The notes under the pieces are model-generated. The model searched no databases. It worked only from the letters and a program-made list of their open reading frames with translations, and was not told where the DNA came from. Shown one piece after another: positions 1-12,880 of a stretch of DNA of 22,248 bases. Origin of the DNA: Ginkgo biloba (taxonomy: Eukaryota; Plantae; Ginkgophyta); the NCBI GenBank assembly GCA_024626585.2, contig JANKJI020000004.1, positions 64,870,450 to 64,892,697 of the forward strand, in the 5' to 3' direction. Position 1 is the first letter of the stretch; each line of letters starts with the position of its first letter. Made by a program: the position numbers and the translations under genes.

Positions 1-439
1 AATCCCCTTTGGTCATAGCCCCCTCAACGAGATTAACCCATAGAACCATGTACTATCACTCTCTTGGTAATATGGCACACCAAAAACTTTAAAAACTTAT
101 TTCCAACAAAAATTTAAGAAGAAAATAAACTCTACAAGAAACAGTAGAAATATTATAAGGAATTAGGCTGAGGATACTTTTTTTTTCTAAAATAATAGTC
201 AAAAAATAATAAATTACAATAATTAGGATTTTATAATTTGAAATGATATGAATTGATAAAACATAAAGTTCAAGAAAACATGCATATTTCTTCATGTGTT
301 ATATGGTAGGTTTATGTAGAATAAACCTATAATATTTATGTGAAAGTGATAGAAATCCCTCTTAGTGCTAAAATAATCGCTTCATAATTCACCTTAGTAA
401 CCCTTGAAGTGTTGTACATATTTATAACAGTTGTATACC

Positions 440-1000
440 TCTATCTATTAAGCTTTTATATCTCGATTCCTTAATTTGTATGCATAGGAAAAAGGTTCAA
501 CATATCTAATATGGATGATGGGTTTTCCATTGTTATTAGTAAGTTTCCTTATCTACACAATGATCCCAAATGATAAATTATCTATGTAAACATTATTTTG
601 AGCATGTCACAAGTGGGGAGGACTAAAAATTATGGAATAAGACATTATTTAATATTTTTGGCATTATATTCCATCTTTATTCTATCTACCTTCCATCTAT
701 AAGGAAATCTTTCTTCTAAAAAATACACACCCTTCTACTCTTTCTTTATAAATTTTATATTATATTTTTGAATATTGGTATAAATATTATAATTTTATAG
801 GACATTTTAAACTAGGATGGAATGGTTATCAAGTAAAATTTTCCTTATTTTATCTTAGAACTCTCTTAAAAGTTATTATTTTTCCTTAGGAGCCTATCAA
901 CTTTATCTAGCCACCATGCCTTGGATACATTCCAAACATATACAAATTCCTTTCTATTTGGTATTTTAGATATTGATATCCCATATTTAACTTATATATT
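440..1000 (-). mobile_element. Heavily decayed gypsy-type integrase remnant (tentative)
   Basis: The minus strand around 510-590 reads DNLSFGIIV*IRKLTNNNGKP, resembling the integrase core I.RFG.P..I.TDNG.PF. Surrounding sequence is CpG-depleted with no open frame. Confidence 0.35.
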
Positions 1001-2200
1001 ATTTTTTAATCACCTAAATATCCTATAATTCCTTTTTATGAGGTTTATTATTTATTTTTCTAGCATTGTCCATCCTATCACCTAATTGATAAAGAAAGAT
1101 ATAGATTTAAAGTGGATAGAAGAGGAGAAAATATATGTCTAAGGAGAACCTCAAAGTATGCCCTACAGAGTTACAGAAGGTTGTCTAAGACTATGTAGAG
1201 GTTAGCTCCAATCTCACGATGATTGGCAACTTACAAGAGCATTCCTGGCATGTAAAAAGAACTCCCGAGGGTCATTATGAATCACTATTGCATTAGTCAT
1301 CTTATCATCTGTTGTCTGAGATGAATTTGCCATTGTATCATGATCGTCTTCTACCCAGAGGGAGTTTTGTTGTACCATCATTGTCCCCAGGAGCAGAAGC
1401 ATGCAAGACGGGTTCACAGCACTTAAACTTTGTTGTTTTCACCATATTTCAGACATTTAAGGTATAGAGAAACCCTATCATAATATTTATTACCCTTTCC
1501 CCATTGTTAGGCATGAGTGGCTAGCATTTGTATGAATTATAAGGCAGTCTACTTGATGTATGTCCTTACCAGTTATCCCTAACACAAAGTGCAAGCAGTC
1601 CTGTAACAGATTTGATTTTGACCCTAGGACTGTTGCACGAGTATCTTTAGCTGGGAATACAAGATTATTTGAGGTGCATCTTATTTAGGTTTGTCACGTG
1701 ACACTGTTTGATGTGTGTTTAATACCTGAATGCCAAGTTATTACCTGCAACCCTTGGATATTATGTTTGATGTGGACTTAATGATGGTTGTTATGTGTTT
1801 TCCAATTTAATATATATGGCTGGAATTCACTCAATATGACAATCCTAGTGTCTTAGGTGATTACCAAAATAGGGTTTGATAATGACATCTTGCATTAATG
1901 GTCCCAAATTATTGTGTTTGCTTGTTGTCCTGAATAATTCAGTCATGGATAGTGACTATGGATGCATAATTAATAGTCAAAGAAGGATAGTGGAGTTGCC
2001 ATGACACAACAATATAAAATCTAGGGATTTGTACAAATTTTCATAATGACTAGCACTGCTAATAATATTCTAAGTGGAAAAGCTATTGCATTTACCATAA
2101 ATGATTAAATGCATGTATGACGCAACCCTCGAGGAAGACTAACATGGACAAGATTAACAGACAAAAACTCAACACTATGTCTCCACAAATATGAAGACCT

Positions 2201-2754
2201 TGTGGGGTGTTAACTATACCAAAAGTCCTAGCAGCCCAAGGATAATTCGATGATTGACGCCCAAAGTTCCTATGGGACAAGGCTAATTCATGCTATGCCA
2301 AGTCCTTTGGTCAGTGAGGTAGGAAACATGATGCCAAAAATCCTTACTGAGTGAGGTAAGTTACAGGTTATTGTGGAGTCTATCTGTTGAAGCTTTGATC
2401 ACAAATAGTGAAGAGGTCGATCACATCAAATAAGCAGTGTCTAGTTGCAACAGACAGTTGTCGATCGTCTCAACGACAATTATCGATTGCAACATGAATA
2501 AGTAATCAATTGCCTCAAGTATTAATTATCAATCGCAGTCGATATCAATTGTTGTTCGTTTCAAATAGTACAGACTCTGGTCACAACAATAAGACTTAAG
2601 CCTATCGTAAGCAATTGAATTGCAACAACAAAAGCAAAATTATGACACCCCTTCGAATCATTAGTTAGCATAATCTATCACATGATTAGTTCAGAATAGT
2701 TAGCAACCATTGGTAGCCATTTTGGAAAGGCACATTGGGAAGTTATAAATGTAA
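2201..2754 (+). mobile_element. Probable 5' LTR (U3 part) of the Ty3/gypsy remnant
   Basis: Begins TGTGGGG, contains degenerate internal repeats (gccaa..tcctt..agtgaggta twice; repeated tcgat/caatt cores) and a TATAAAT just before the gap. Lies directly upstream of gag in the same orientation. The 3' end and PBS are hidden by the gap. Confidence 0.5.
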
Positions 2755-2854
2755 NNNNNNNNNNNNNNNNNNNNNNNNNNNNNNNNNNNNNNNNNNNNNN
2801 NNNNNNNNNNNNNNNNNNNNNNNNNNNNNNNNNNNNNNNNNNNNNNNNNNNNNN

Positions 2855-4560
2855 TACATTAACATCAATAACCCCACTTGGGAAGAAATTCAAACCTTGT
2901 TATTGGACCAGTTCCAATGCTTGCAAGAACCTTTAACCATATTTCAAGATTTAGAGTAACTCCATTGACATTTAAATGCGTGAATCAAAGATCACAATGG
3001 AAGGATGTTGATATTCCTTGATAAATTTCGTCTGGGAAATATTTCATCACACTGTCATCTCCTAAAGATTTTTGTTCAAGGGTTGTTACTTCATGTCCAA
3101 AATACAGTTTAGTTGCATCCCGTGCATAGTTACCAACAAGTATGAGATTTGGCCATGACCTTTGAGAATCAAATGGTCAGTGAAAATCATTCCCATTTTT
3201 AAGTAGTTATATCACTCTTGCACAAGACTTTGAGATGGAAAGGTTACAAAACAACAGAAAGATCCAGTCATCGAAAGCTTGCGAGCCAAAATTGCCAAAC
3301 TATGGCAAGAAGTGGCAACACTGCCAAGACAAGACATATGTTGTCCTCCTCCTTGCAATTAGCAAGATCGCATTCGCATTGAGCATCCTGAGAAAGAGGC
3401 ATTCCAATCTTAGAATAATAGTGTGACATTTGCAAGATGGATACCCATTGTATGGAAGACTATCTTTAAGCAACATGACAAGGTGGTCAACGTGATGCTA
3501 GAAGTGGTAATGGAGGCAATGGAACTTGTAACATGTATTATCAAGAATCGTCGAATTCTAGGCCTTGACAATACAAAACATACAAAGGGAAGACAAAATC
3601 TATCCAATGCCACCTTTGCTTACACTCCAACCATGGTCAACAAGATTTGCATGTTGGAGAAGAACGGTGGCCATTTTATTTCTGAAGAATGTGGACCAAG
3701 TGACCATGAATGGGAAAATTGCAAAAATAAACCCGCCAATAAACCAAAAACCTCTGAACTCATTGCACTAGTTCCCAATCTTCTCGTCACGTTAGACCCC
3801 CAAACTCATAGTGAAAAAATAGTAACTACACCCAAAAGGATGAATTTGACTTTCCTAACCAACCAAAGAAAAAGTTTGTTTCCAAGAAGCCATCGAGACC
3901 ATTCAAGAAGCTGAGAAGGAAGTCGAGCAACAACAACCTACAACTCGACCAACACTAATGTGGGAGATGAAGAAAACATTACCCACCAAAAAAAGCAAAC
4001 AAGTTTACCAACAAAAATGTTCTAAAACTCCTCCTCCTTGCAAACAGACATCGCAAGAAAAATCAAAAAATTCACATGATAAAAACAAACTTTTGAAGGC
4101 TATTCCAGAACTCAACAACAATCTCCTCGCTACAATAATCAAAAAGTGGAAGACGGCAACATATTGATCAAATAATTATGCAATACCATAAACTTAGGAG
4201 ACTAATCAGATGAAGACCCTAAAGTACCAATACAAATTTACACAAAAATCAATGCTAAGACTATTGTGGATGGAGGTTCCAGTGTTAGCATATTACCAAA
4301 ATCAACATGGATTCAACTTGGAAAGTAGAATATATCCCTCCTAACTACTCCATCCCTCTCATCAATCAAGTAGAGATATGACCTCTCAGCTCCTTACTAG
4401 ATGTCCCTCTGAGAGACACAGGACAAATTGCATGACAAGAGTTTGTCATAGTACATGTGGCAACCAATGCACACTACCCTACTTCATTGGGAAGACAATG
4501 GTTGTAGACACAAAATCCATTCAAAATTAGGGAAAGCAAACATTTGCACTTTTTGGCAAT
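2855..4560 (+). mobile_element. Degenerate Ty3/gypsy LTR retrotransposon gag + aspartic protease
   Basis: Gag-like TWEEIQTLLLDQF and IFVQGLL...DLAMTFE. Decayed CCHC knuckles CDICKMDTHCMEDY (3422-3463) and ECGPSDHEWENC (about 3687-3722). Protease motif IVDGGSSVSILP (4263-4298) and LGRQWL (4487-4504). Many stops and frameshifts. Confidence 0.85.
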
Positions 4561-4969
4561 AGGAAATGAGTGGCTTTGTTGTTGATTTTGCATGGCCCCT
4601 ATGCTAAAAATGTTTTTGATTTTGATATCACATCTAGCACTACCATCGCTACTGAAACCACATCCAATTCTTGCTCTAAATCCACATACCATGTCACCAA
4701 AGATCCACACAACATGATAGAAGATTATGTAGAAGAACCAAATCTTAATGGGGAAATTATGGTATATAATGACGAATTGATATTGGAACATGTTTTGCAT
4801 TAGTTACAAGGAGCTACGCAACCATTGAAGCTCACAATTGTGCCAGACTATCATCTATGATAATGAGCAAGGAGAAGTGCCTTCTTCACCAAACAAAGAA
4901 AATGAGAAAGAATATGATAATAGACTTAGCAGTTTTGATTCATCCACTTTTGAATGTTCTACACAAGCA

Positions 4970-5159
4970 AAGGATGGGTGTTTTCTTCGTGATATTATAA
5001 TTGTTATCCTTCTCTTTGCTAATGATGTTGTTCTTCTTATCGTCTACCCAAGAGGGGCTCTAAAGGCAATTATATGCTCTCGCCTCGTTTTATGACAATC
5101 AGTACCTCGAGATGAACCTTAACAAAACCAAGGTTATGGACTTCAACACATTTGCAAAT
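4970..5159 (+). mobile_element. Non-LTR retrotransposon (LINE) reverse-transcriptase fragment, pseudogenised
   Basis: DGCFLRDIIIVILLFANDVVLL, then after a frameshift SSTQEGL*RQLYALASFYDNQYLEMNLNKTKVMDFN. This fits the (Y/F)ADD motif (first D changed to N) followed by the GLQ..L..L and L.VN..KTKVM motifs of LINE RTs. Confidence 0.85.
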
Positions 5160-6864
5160 NNNNNNNNNNNNNNNNNNNNNNNNNNNNNNNNNNNNNNNNN
5201 NNNNNNNNNNNNNNNNNNNNNNNNNNNNNNNNNNNNNNNNNNNNNNNNNNNNNNNNNNNGAGATCCAAGACCATATTCTTATCACTCCATCATTAGATAG
5301 CACACTTGGAGGATATTAATAAGAGGATCTATCTTATTGATTACAGGATAATGGGTCATCTCTTAACCTCTTGATTGATTATTATATCACTCAACTCAAA
5401 TTTTAGTTAGGGGCATATCATCTTTATTTCTTTTTTCTTTGCAACTATGTATAGCATGAGCTTGCACTTTTAAAGAAGAACTACAAGAGAAACGATGATT
5501 GAGGCACTAAATTACCTCAAAGATTCCTTAGTTAAATATTACTTCTAGCTACCTTTTGACATTAGTAGTTGCTTTTAGATATAAGGCTTGTATCATATGA
5601 CCTCCTTATATAATACCATTTTCACTTTATTTATTGAATAACTTCCCTTTCTAATGCATCAATAGTCATACACTATTTCTTCGTTGCCATCTAAACTTTT
5701 TAGTTTGTTGTAAGAGAGAGGTAAAGATCAAGTTCTCCCATCTTACAAAAGATTTAAATTGAGACCATCTCATGTAAGGAGTGAGGGACTAATAAGACCG
5801 TGATCACATAAGGTATATAGAAGAAAAGGCCTTCTTAATAAATTTAAAATAACTAAATGATTAGTTATGAAGTAAAATAAGATAGACCAAATGAGTACTA
5901 ACATTGTCTATAATAGATAAAAAATATAACTAACTTTAATATATTGGATTTTCGAGATTTAGCTCTAAAACCATACTCTCTCTTTTTTCTTAATTGGAAT
6001 AGGAATAATCCTTTATAATTTTAGCTCAAGGTATTACTAAAAACTACGAACCCTTATTCTTTCTATAATGACCATGGACATGGACTGATTATGAAATCAA
6101 TTTATCCTTCTAAACTTTATACAAGTATTTTTTTTTTTAATTAAANNNNNNNNNNNNNTATTTTTTGCATAAGACTCTTATTTTTCTTTTAATCTTTTCA
6201 TAATATAATCCCTATCAATTTATGTGTAAGTAACACACTTATTACCTATGCTCCTTGTAATTTCTAAGAGTTTTACGTGATATTTATTGGAGTATATCAT
6301 ATATACATATTCTAAAGAAACTAAATTTCTAATTTTGTATTGAGGCTTTTCATGAGAAGGTTTATGGAATTCTTAGAAACAAGGAGTACTAACCTCAAAT
6401 TTGGTCTAAAGATTTTGGTCTAAAGATTAAGGGTATATGTAGTATATCCTAACATTTAGCACCTAATAATTTTCTATTGCATGTTATTAAGTAAATACAT
6501 TTTTCATTGACCTTTTCATAAAATATTTCTCTCTTTTTTACATTGTAGGTTATACTTGCCATTATATATATGGATAAACATGTCCTATGCTAGGAGTGTT
6601 CAAAGTAGATGAACCATCCACTTAACCACCTAACATAGGCTAGGTGTGGGACTAAGATGCGAGAATTAGAGAAGTAGATACTAGAATTTTAATGTAGTTT
6701 AATATATTTAGTCATGCAATTGTACCTAAATTACAACACAATGAAGAACTCATTCGATGATAATATTTGCTTATTCTTAGCATGATCAAGTGGTTGTAAT
6801 TGATAAGAAATACTTGAATTTCAAGGCAATCACATTTATAAACTAGAATACATACAAAAATCAA

Positions 6865-7640
6865 GGAAAAAAAATTATGTAAATAATTTATAAATATAAG
6901 ATTAATTAATTAAATTAATCAAGTAATTATGAAGTTTAATTATATTAATGTGAATATGAATAACACATAAAATAATGAGAAAAGTAAGGAAATTAGAGTA
7001 AGAATGCTCTCAAATGTTAAAGAAATATGTACTGACCACACATTTNNNNNNNNNNNNNNNNNNNNNNNNNNNNNNNNNNNNNNNNNNNNNNNNNNNNNNN
7101 NNNNNNNNNNNNNNNNNNNNNNNNNNNNNNNNNNNNNNNNNNNNNNNNNNNNNNNNNNNNNNNNNNNNNNNNNNNNNNNNNNNNNNNNNNNNNNNNNNNN
7201 NNNNNNNNNNNNNNNNNNNNNNNNNNNNNNNNNNNNNNNNNNNNNNNNNNNNNNNNNNNNNNNNNNNNNNNNNNNNNNNNNNNNNNNNNNNNNNNNNNNN
7301 NNNNNNNNNNNNNNNNNNNNNNNNNNNNNNNNNNNNNNNNNNNNNNNNNNNNNNNNNNNNNNNNNNNNNNNNNNNNNNNNNNNNNNNNNNNNNNNNNNNN
7401 NNNNNNNNNNNNNNNNNNNNNNNNNNNNNNNNNNNNNNNNNNNNNNNNNNNNNNNNNNNNNNNNNNNNNNNNNNNNNGGGAAAATAATTATAAAAATAAT
7501 TTATAAAGATTAATTTAATATAAATAAAATTAATCGAGCAACAATGAAGTCTAATTGAATATAAATAAAGCGTCAAAGAATTAGAAAAGGAAGGAAATTA
7601 GGATAAGAATGCTCTCAGATGTTAGTGAAAATTTATGTGC
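6865..7640. repeat. Diverged direct duplication of about 165 bp (6865-7032 and 7478-7640) flanking a gap
   Basis: aaagtaaggaaattagagtaagaatgctctcaaatgttaaagaaa versus aaaggaaggaaattaggataagaatgctctcagatgttagtgaaa, each preceded by a similar ggaaaa..aattat..aaataatttataa..agattaatt tract. Confidence 0.7.
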
Positions 7641-7799
7641 TTCTCCTCTCCTCTTAGTCTTCACCTTTATGCTTAGTTTTTTACAAATATTTTCGTCCTC
7701 CACGTTGTATTCTCTAAGGTGTAGCAAAGCTTCCTTAGAGANNNNNNNNNNTATACTCTTTAACATTAAAACCTGACATAATTTTCTCAAAGAGCCTAT

Positions 7800-9420
7800 G
7801 TACTCTCAAAGATCATGTATGATCCATAATTACTTGAGTTTGTGGCTTTTATAGGGATGTGAAGACTTGTAAGTGATAAGGTTTTTTTACTCCATGCATC
7901 GAGTAGAGATGCTTGCCACATACGTAAGATATGGTATTATACTTATTCAAGTGGAAAAGATAAGTAGTTATTCCTAGGATTAAGAGATGGTAATTTCATT
8001 AAATAATATAAGGATATTACCCTTTGTTATGATTTAATATTAGTAAATTATCCCATATGTTTTAACTATGGGATTAACTTTGACCTTGGATCCATTTACT
8101 TTAGTTAAAATAGAGTTAGGCCATAGGGCTCTTAAACTAAAGTCTTCTTTATAAATGATGGTGCAAATTCATATGATATAGAATGCACCTAATGGATGAT
8201 AGCAAGAGAAGGCATATGGACAAAATGTATTGCTATAAATTAGCTTTGTAAAGGTTGAAATTTGAGGTAAGTCTCATTTATAGAATATCATCTAGAATCT
8301 AATAGAGTAATCATATGTAAAAGAGTTAAAATCTAGTGAATGTTGCAAATGTGGATTGGTGAGATAATACTAGATCTATTAATAAACAAAGAGGAGAGAA
8401 ATCAAGTGACGTCACTGACCTACATAGAAGAAGATTAATTTCTACCTCTTTTTATCTATATTTTTCATATTTTTTGTAAGGTGGGCATGTCCCACCAAGT
8501 TGATAGGCATGAAAAGAGTTTACATATGTCATTTCAAATCATGTTGATAAAGTAAAGGTTGTAAAAGCAACTTTAATCCATTTTATCAATCACCATGGAG
8601 TTAAAACATCACTAAGTTTATGAAGAGAAGGTGGAATTAGAATGANNNNNNNNNNNNNNNNNNNNNNNNNNNNNNNNNNNNNNNNNNNNNNNNNNNNNNN
8701 NNNNNNNNNNNNNNNNNNNNNNNNNNNNCCAAACAAGGATATGAATATTGTCTAAAGGAGTAATGGGGTGGAATAACCATAAAAATGAGTTCATATCAAT
8801 GAGACAACTCAAAGCTAGAAAGAGGGACTACCCTAGAAATTATGCTAATGTTGATAAGATAACCTAAGTTTTAAATGAAGGTATAGAATCCATAATTGGT
8901 TGGTGAGGACTAACTTCATAATTGATGAGTTATTATCCTAGAGTAAGTGTGTTGACATCAAACAATAACTATAATGTTCTTCTCTTATAAAGGAGAATAT
9001 ATTTTCTTTCTATAGAAACAAAGAGATTGTAAGAAGTGGGTGGATATTGAATAGATGACAATATTAATGCAATGGGCTTAAGGACCTCTCTAAACTTCTA
9101 TATGATAATAAGTGATGAGATTTAATGATATATTATACTTGACACTAGTAGTTTCATGGTACTTAGTCATTGTTCAACTTGTCCAATGACTTAAGACTTT
9201 TGTTATAAAGTAACTTAGTCCCACATTATAAAAGTCAAAGTGATATCATAACTTCTAATTTATTTAAGCTTTGTGCTTTATGAATAAAGTAAGTTCTTTT
9301 TTATCTGAAAGGATTGTCTCTTATGCATGTTATTGTACCCAACAGGTCTTCAAACTACTTCATCCAAAAATTATGTATTTGTAGGTCCCATTGCTCTAAT
9401 ACCAATTGGTGTGAGAAATA
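7800..9420 (-). mobile_element. Internally deleted, decayed Ty1/copia element
   Basis: In copia order on the minus strand: PBS TGGTATTAGAGC (9404-9393), GAG-pre-integrase-like HAYQLG (about 8500-8515), ILDD (about 8300), KS.YGL (about 8120-8135), and RT motif IPYLTYVASISTRCME...HLQ (about 7865-7940, cf. RPDIAYAVS..SRFM). Confidence 0.6.
9393..9404 (-). other. tRNA-iMet primer binding site of an LTR retrotransposon
   Basis: The + strand gctctaatacca is the reverse complement of TGGTATTAGAGC, one C>T change from canonical TGGTATCAGAGC, and it sits next to a ...CA LTR-end-like sequence. Confidence 0.7.
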
Positions 9421-9835
9421 GGGCCCATAAATAATGAATGTTCAGATGAAGTAGTTTGAATAATTGTTTAGTATAGTAGCATGCATAAGAGATAATCCTT
9501 TGAGGTTAAAACTAGCNNNNNNNNNNNNNNNNNNNNNNNNNNNNNNNNNNNNNNNNNNNNNNNNNNNNNNNNNNNNNNNNNNNNNNNNNNNNNNNNNNNN
9601 NNNNNNNNNNNNNNNNTCATTATACCTTGTATAATAATAGACGTAGAGTTTATAAATTATAATATACATATATCTATAACCTAAGCCCACACTCAATAAT
9701 GGTCAGACCAATATTTAACCATGGTAAGTTTAATACTTAATTATAACTATTCTTAGATAAATATACAATTTAAATACTAATAAAATATTAACAAAATAAT
9801 ATTTTATGATAATTATGTACAATGGGTATGTATTA

Positions 9836-9942
9836 GTGTGTATAGACACATATATATGAATATACACACATGTATATATGTCTCTCTCTATACACACGTG
9901 TGCATATGTACGTGTGTGTACATACACATATGTATATGTATT
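9836..9942. repeat. Compound TA/CA/TG/CT microsatellite, mostly alternating purine-pyrimidine
   Basis: tgtgtatagacacatatatatg...tctctctctatacacacgtgtgcatatgtacgtgtgtgtacatacacatatgtatatgta. Confidence 0.85.
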
Positions 9943-11059
9943 TGAAAAGAATGTTATTTGGGTTTCATAAATAGGGGAATTAGTAGAAAACTAAACTTTG
10001 AAGACTTATACTTTGAAGTAAAAAAGGTTATTTTGTATCAAGTAAATTTTAATTAATATAACAAGTCTTTCAACTAAATTACGATAATTTTTAATGTATA
10101 TTTTAAAAGAATTTAACTAAAATAAATGTATTTTTTAAGAAAATCATTTAAAATGACCACTTATGACAATTACCATGTAAAATTTTATATTGATGTGCTT
10201 AATTCTCACAAAACTACATTGTGCATTTCTATGTAAAGAAATGCCTACATTGTCTTCTCCATAGAAGCTACATAAGTTAATAAAGTACATATAAAAAAGA
10301 AATATGCGCATTACTATCTTAGAAAGGCCCCTCTATTAACAAGTTAGTTGTTATAATAATATGAAGATAATATGCTAAGACCACATATGACATAGATTGA
10401 AGGTATCCTTAAGACTTCGACAAAAGGCATTAACATTCAATCATATTATGATATTACAACTATAATCAATTCAATAAAATGATTGGATTGGGGAAGTTAA
10501 AAGTTTAATAAACATATGTGAATCTCCACCACATAAGGTTAGGAGCAAGTGCTTGATTGAAATCCCTAAATGTTGAATGGAGGAGGATCTTATAAAGTTG
10601 TTATTTGACCCTTGAAAATTATTATAGACATTCAATTGTGTTTAGTTTATGCATTACTTTGTTAAAAGTCTACTATGATACAATAAATAATGATTAGTGG
10701 GTTTTATGCTACAATTCTTTGGGGGCAGTGTTGTTAGGTATGTGTTTGTGCCAAAATTTCCTAGCTATTATCTCCACAAACTTAATAAGTTAGATGCACC
10801 AATGATGTGCGCCTTGGAATTGTTTTTATGCCATTAAAATCTCTTTCTCTCTCTCTCTTCTTTTGAATTAAAAACAATGTCTTACCATCACACACACATG
10901 CATCATCAGATAACCATTTGTACTTAAATATTTTTATGTTGTATTTCTATTAGAATTGTTTGTGCCACTAGTGGTTTTCCACATAGTGGTTTCAACACAA
11001 AGTTTAACACTCATTTATGATTGAGTTGATAAGCACCTAAACTCATCCATGAAATAAAT

Positions 11060-11120
11060 CATGAAAAAAATGGTGTTGTGGAGCATAGGAATATGTGCAT
11101 GTAATTATGCTCAAATTCTA
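11060..11120 (+). mobile_element. Tiny copia integrase remnant (tentative)
   Basis: KNGVVEHRN at about 11066-11092 resembles QNGVVERRNR. Very short match. Confidence 0.35.
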
Positions 11121-11707
11121 GAGGAATCTCATATTTGTGAGAACTTAAAAGAGTAGAAATTGTAAATCTACTTTGTTGTAATGCACAACTCCTCTATTCA
11201 ACTTGGAACCAACTTGTAGCATGTTAAGNNNNNNNNNNNNNNNNNNNNNTTAATAAATAAAAAATGCTAAGATTATACAAGGTTTTATTTAATAAAAGCA
11301 AATATAGTTGTTAATACATGCAAGTTTTAACTTAAAATCAATCTAGTGGAGATCATATATAATGTCAATGGTTTTAATTTCATTTTTCTTTATTTTGAAT
11401 TTTGACTAATCAATATATTAATAGCAAAAACAATTAGTTGTTGATACTAATAAACTTTTGAATTCATTATAAGGTCATTTCTTAATATAATCTCATAAAT
11501 TATAATATTAACAATTTAATATGTTGATTATATGGTTAATTTAAAATTTTACATATGTAATTTTCCTTAACAATTTTTAACGTTGCTCAATGCCTTTGGG
11601 GAGGCAANNNNNNNNNNNNNNNNNNNNNNNNNNNNNNNNNNNNNNNNNNNNNNNNNNNNNNNNNNNNNNNNNNNNNNNNNNNNNNNNNNNNNNNNNNNNN
11701 NNNNNNN

Positions 11708-12400
11708 CTGCGTGTATGTCGTCTTTACATTTAGTCTAAATACTTCAATTTTTATCAAGGAGGCGGCAAGGATAGTTATAAATCCCAAAGGTAGATTATT
11801 CCACTTCTATTATTTCTTCGAAATTTTGAAATTGTTTATCAGGTATACAATGAATGCCAGATTGTTATTTTGTTCTGTTATTCTCTCTCGATGAACGGAA
11901 CGAGAGGTAACTTTTTCGTTGACACAGAACGATATGGGTTTTAGGTTTTTGCTTCCCTTGTTTTATTTGAACTTTTTAAACCCTGATTGTTACGGCTCAT
12001 AATATTCGGTTGTTCTTAAGTTAGGGCAAACGTTGTTATACTACTCGACATTTCTAAAAAGTCGCCCTAATTCTCTGCCAATGCNNNNNNNNNNNNNNNN
12101 NNNNNNNNNNNNNNNNNNNNNNNNNNNNNNNNNNNNNNCTAATTAAATGGTTCATTAAACTCCGAGCCAATTGTCTTTGCTCACATTTTCCAAAACTGTT
12201 ATACATTTTAAACGGTTTATCCCCGCGGGCTATGTCCAGCTAATTCTCTGCCACAGTTGAACTGCCTCATGCCGCAGTGTTATTGAAATTTAGGTTAACA
12301 TAAGCATTTGTCATAACACTCACTTTCGACTCTTTGGTGGCAGTACTGAACTTTGTTATTTTAGATTTTGAACCCCCGTAATGTATTTTTAAAATGCGAG
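11708..12400 (+). promoter_or_regulatory. Probable PP5 promoter-proximal / 5' UTR region and start of the leader intron
   Basis: CpG dinucleotides are retained (e.g. ccccgcgggc near 12221) unlike in flanking TE DNA. Candidate donors AAG|gtagat (11791) and GAG|gtaact (11907), T-rich downstream sequence, and a telo-box-like aaaccct near 11978. Confidence 0.45.
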
Positions 12401-12880
12401 AATTACATAATACATATTGCAGTTGTATTTCAGTTTCTTCCTATGAACCTCTATGAGCACACTAAACAGTAAATATTAATTGTGGAGGAAAGAGTGCATG
12501 AAAATTGCTACTTGAATTTGTTTTCAATATGCAAGGAATTGACTTTGCTGGATTGGTTCTTAGTCGCTTCCCCTAACCTTTTACTAATGAGCCATATTGT
12601 TTCTACTGCAATACTACATAAGTTTTGAGTCAGTAGGCTTACTAGATGATGGATTTCTTTGTTTTTCACGAAAATAGTGTTCATATGGTAATTTTTCTTT
12701 GGCACCATATTGGAAAATGGTTTCTGATAGCGATCTGAAAATGTTTACTGTTTTTATTGCATTTTCCAATAAATGTTATAATCTGATAAATGCGGGACAT
12801 AGGCATGTGAACAGCTTATATTTTCTAATAATCATCTGAAAATCATGAGTCTGAATCTTAATTTTTATATTTCTTTGTAG

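Noticed and set aside
2250-2640. Short spaced repeats considered as a CRISPR-like array
   Set aside because: Units are degenerate and irregular, sit in a presumed LTR of a eukaryotic genome, and no cas-like genes are present.
9730-9927. 65-aa minus-strand ORF rich in Y/I/H/T
   Set aside because: Translation of a microsatellite.
11935-11990. aaaccct / gggttttagg as a telomerase RNA template or telomeric array
   Set aside because: Single imperfect units with no recognisable snRNA-type USE/TATA promoter; better explained as a telo-box-like element near a gene 5' end.
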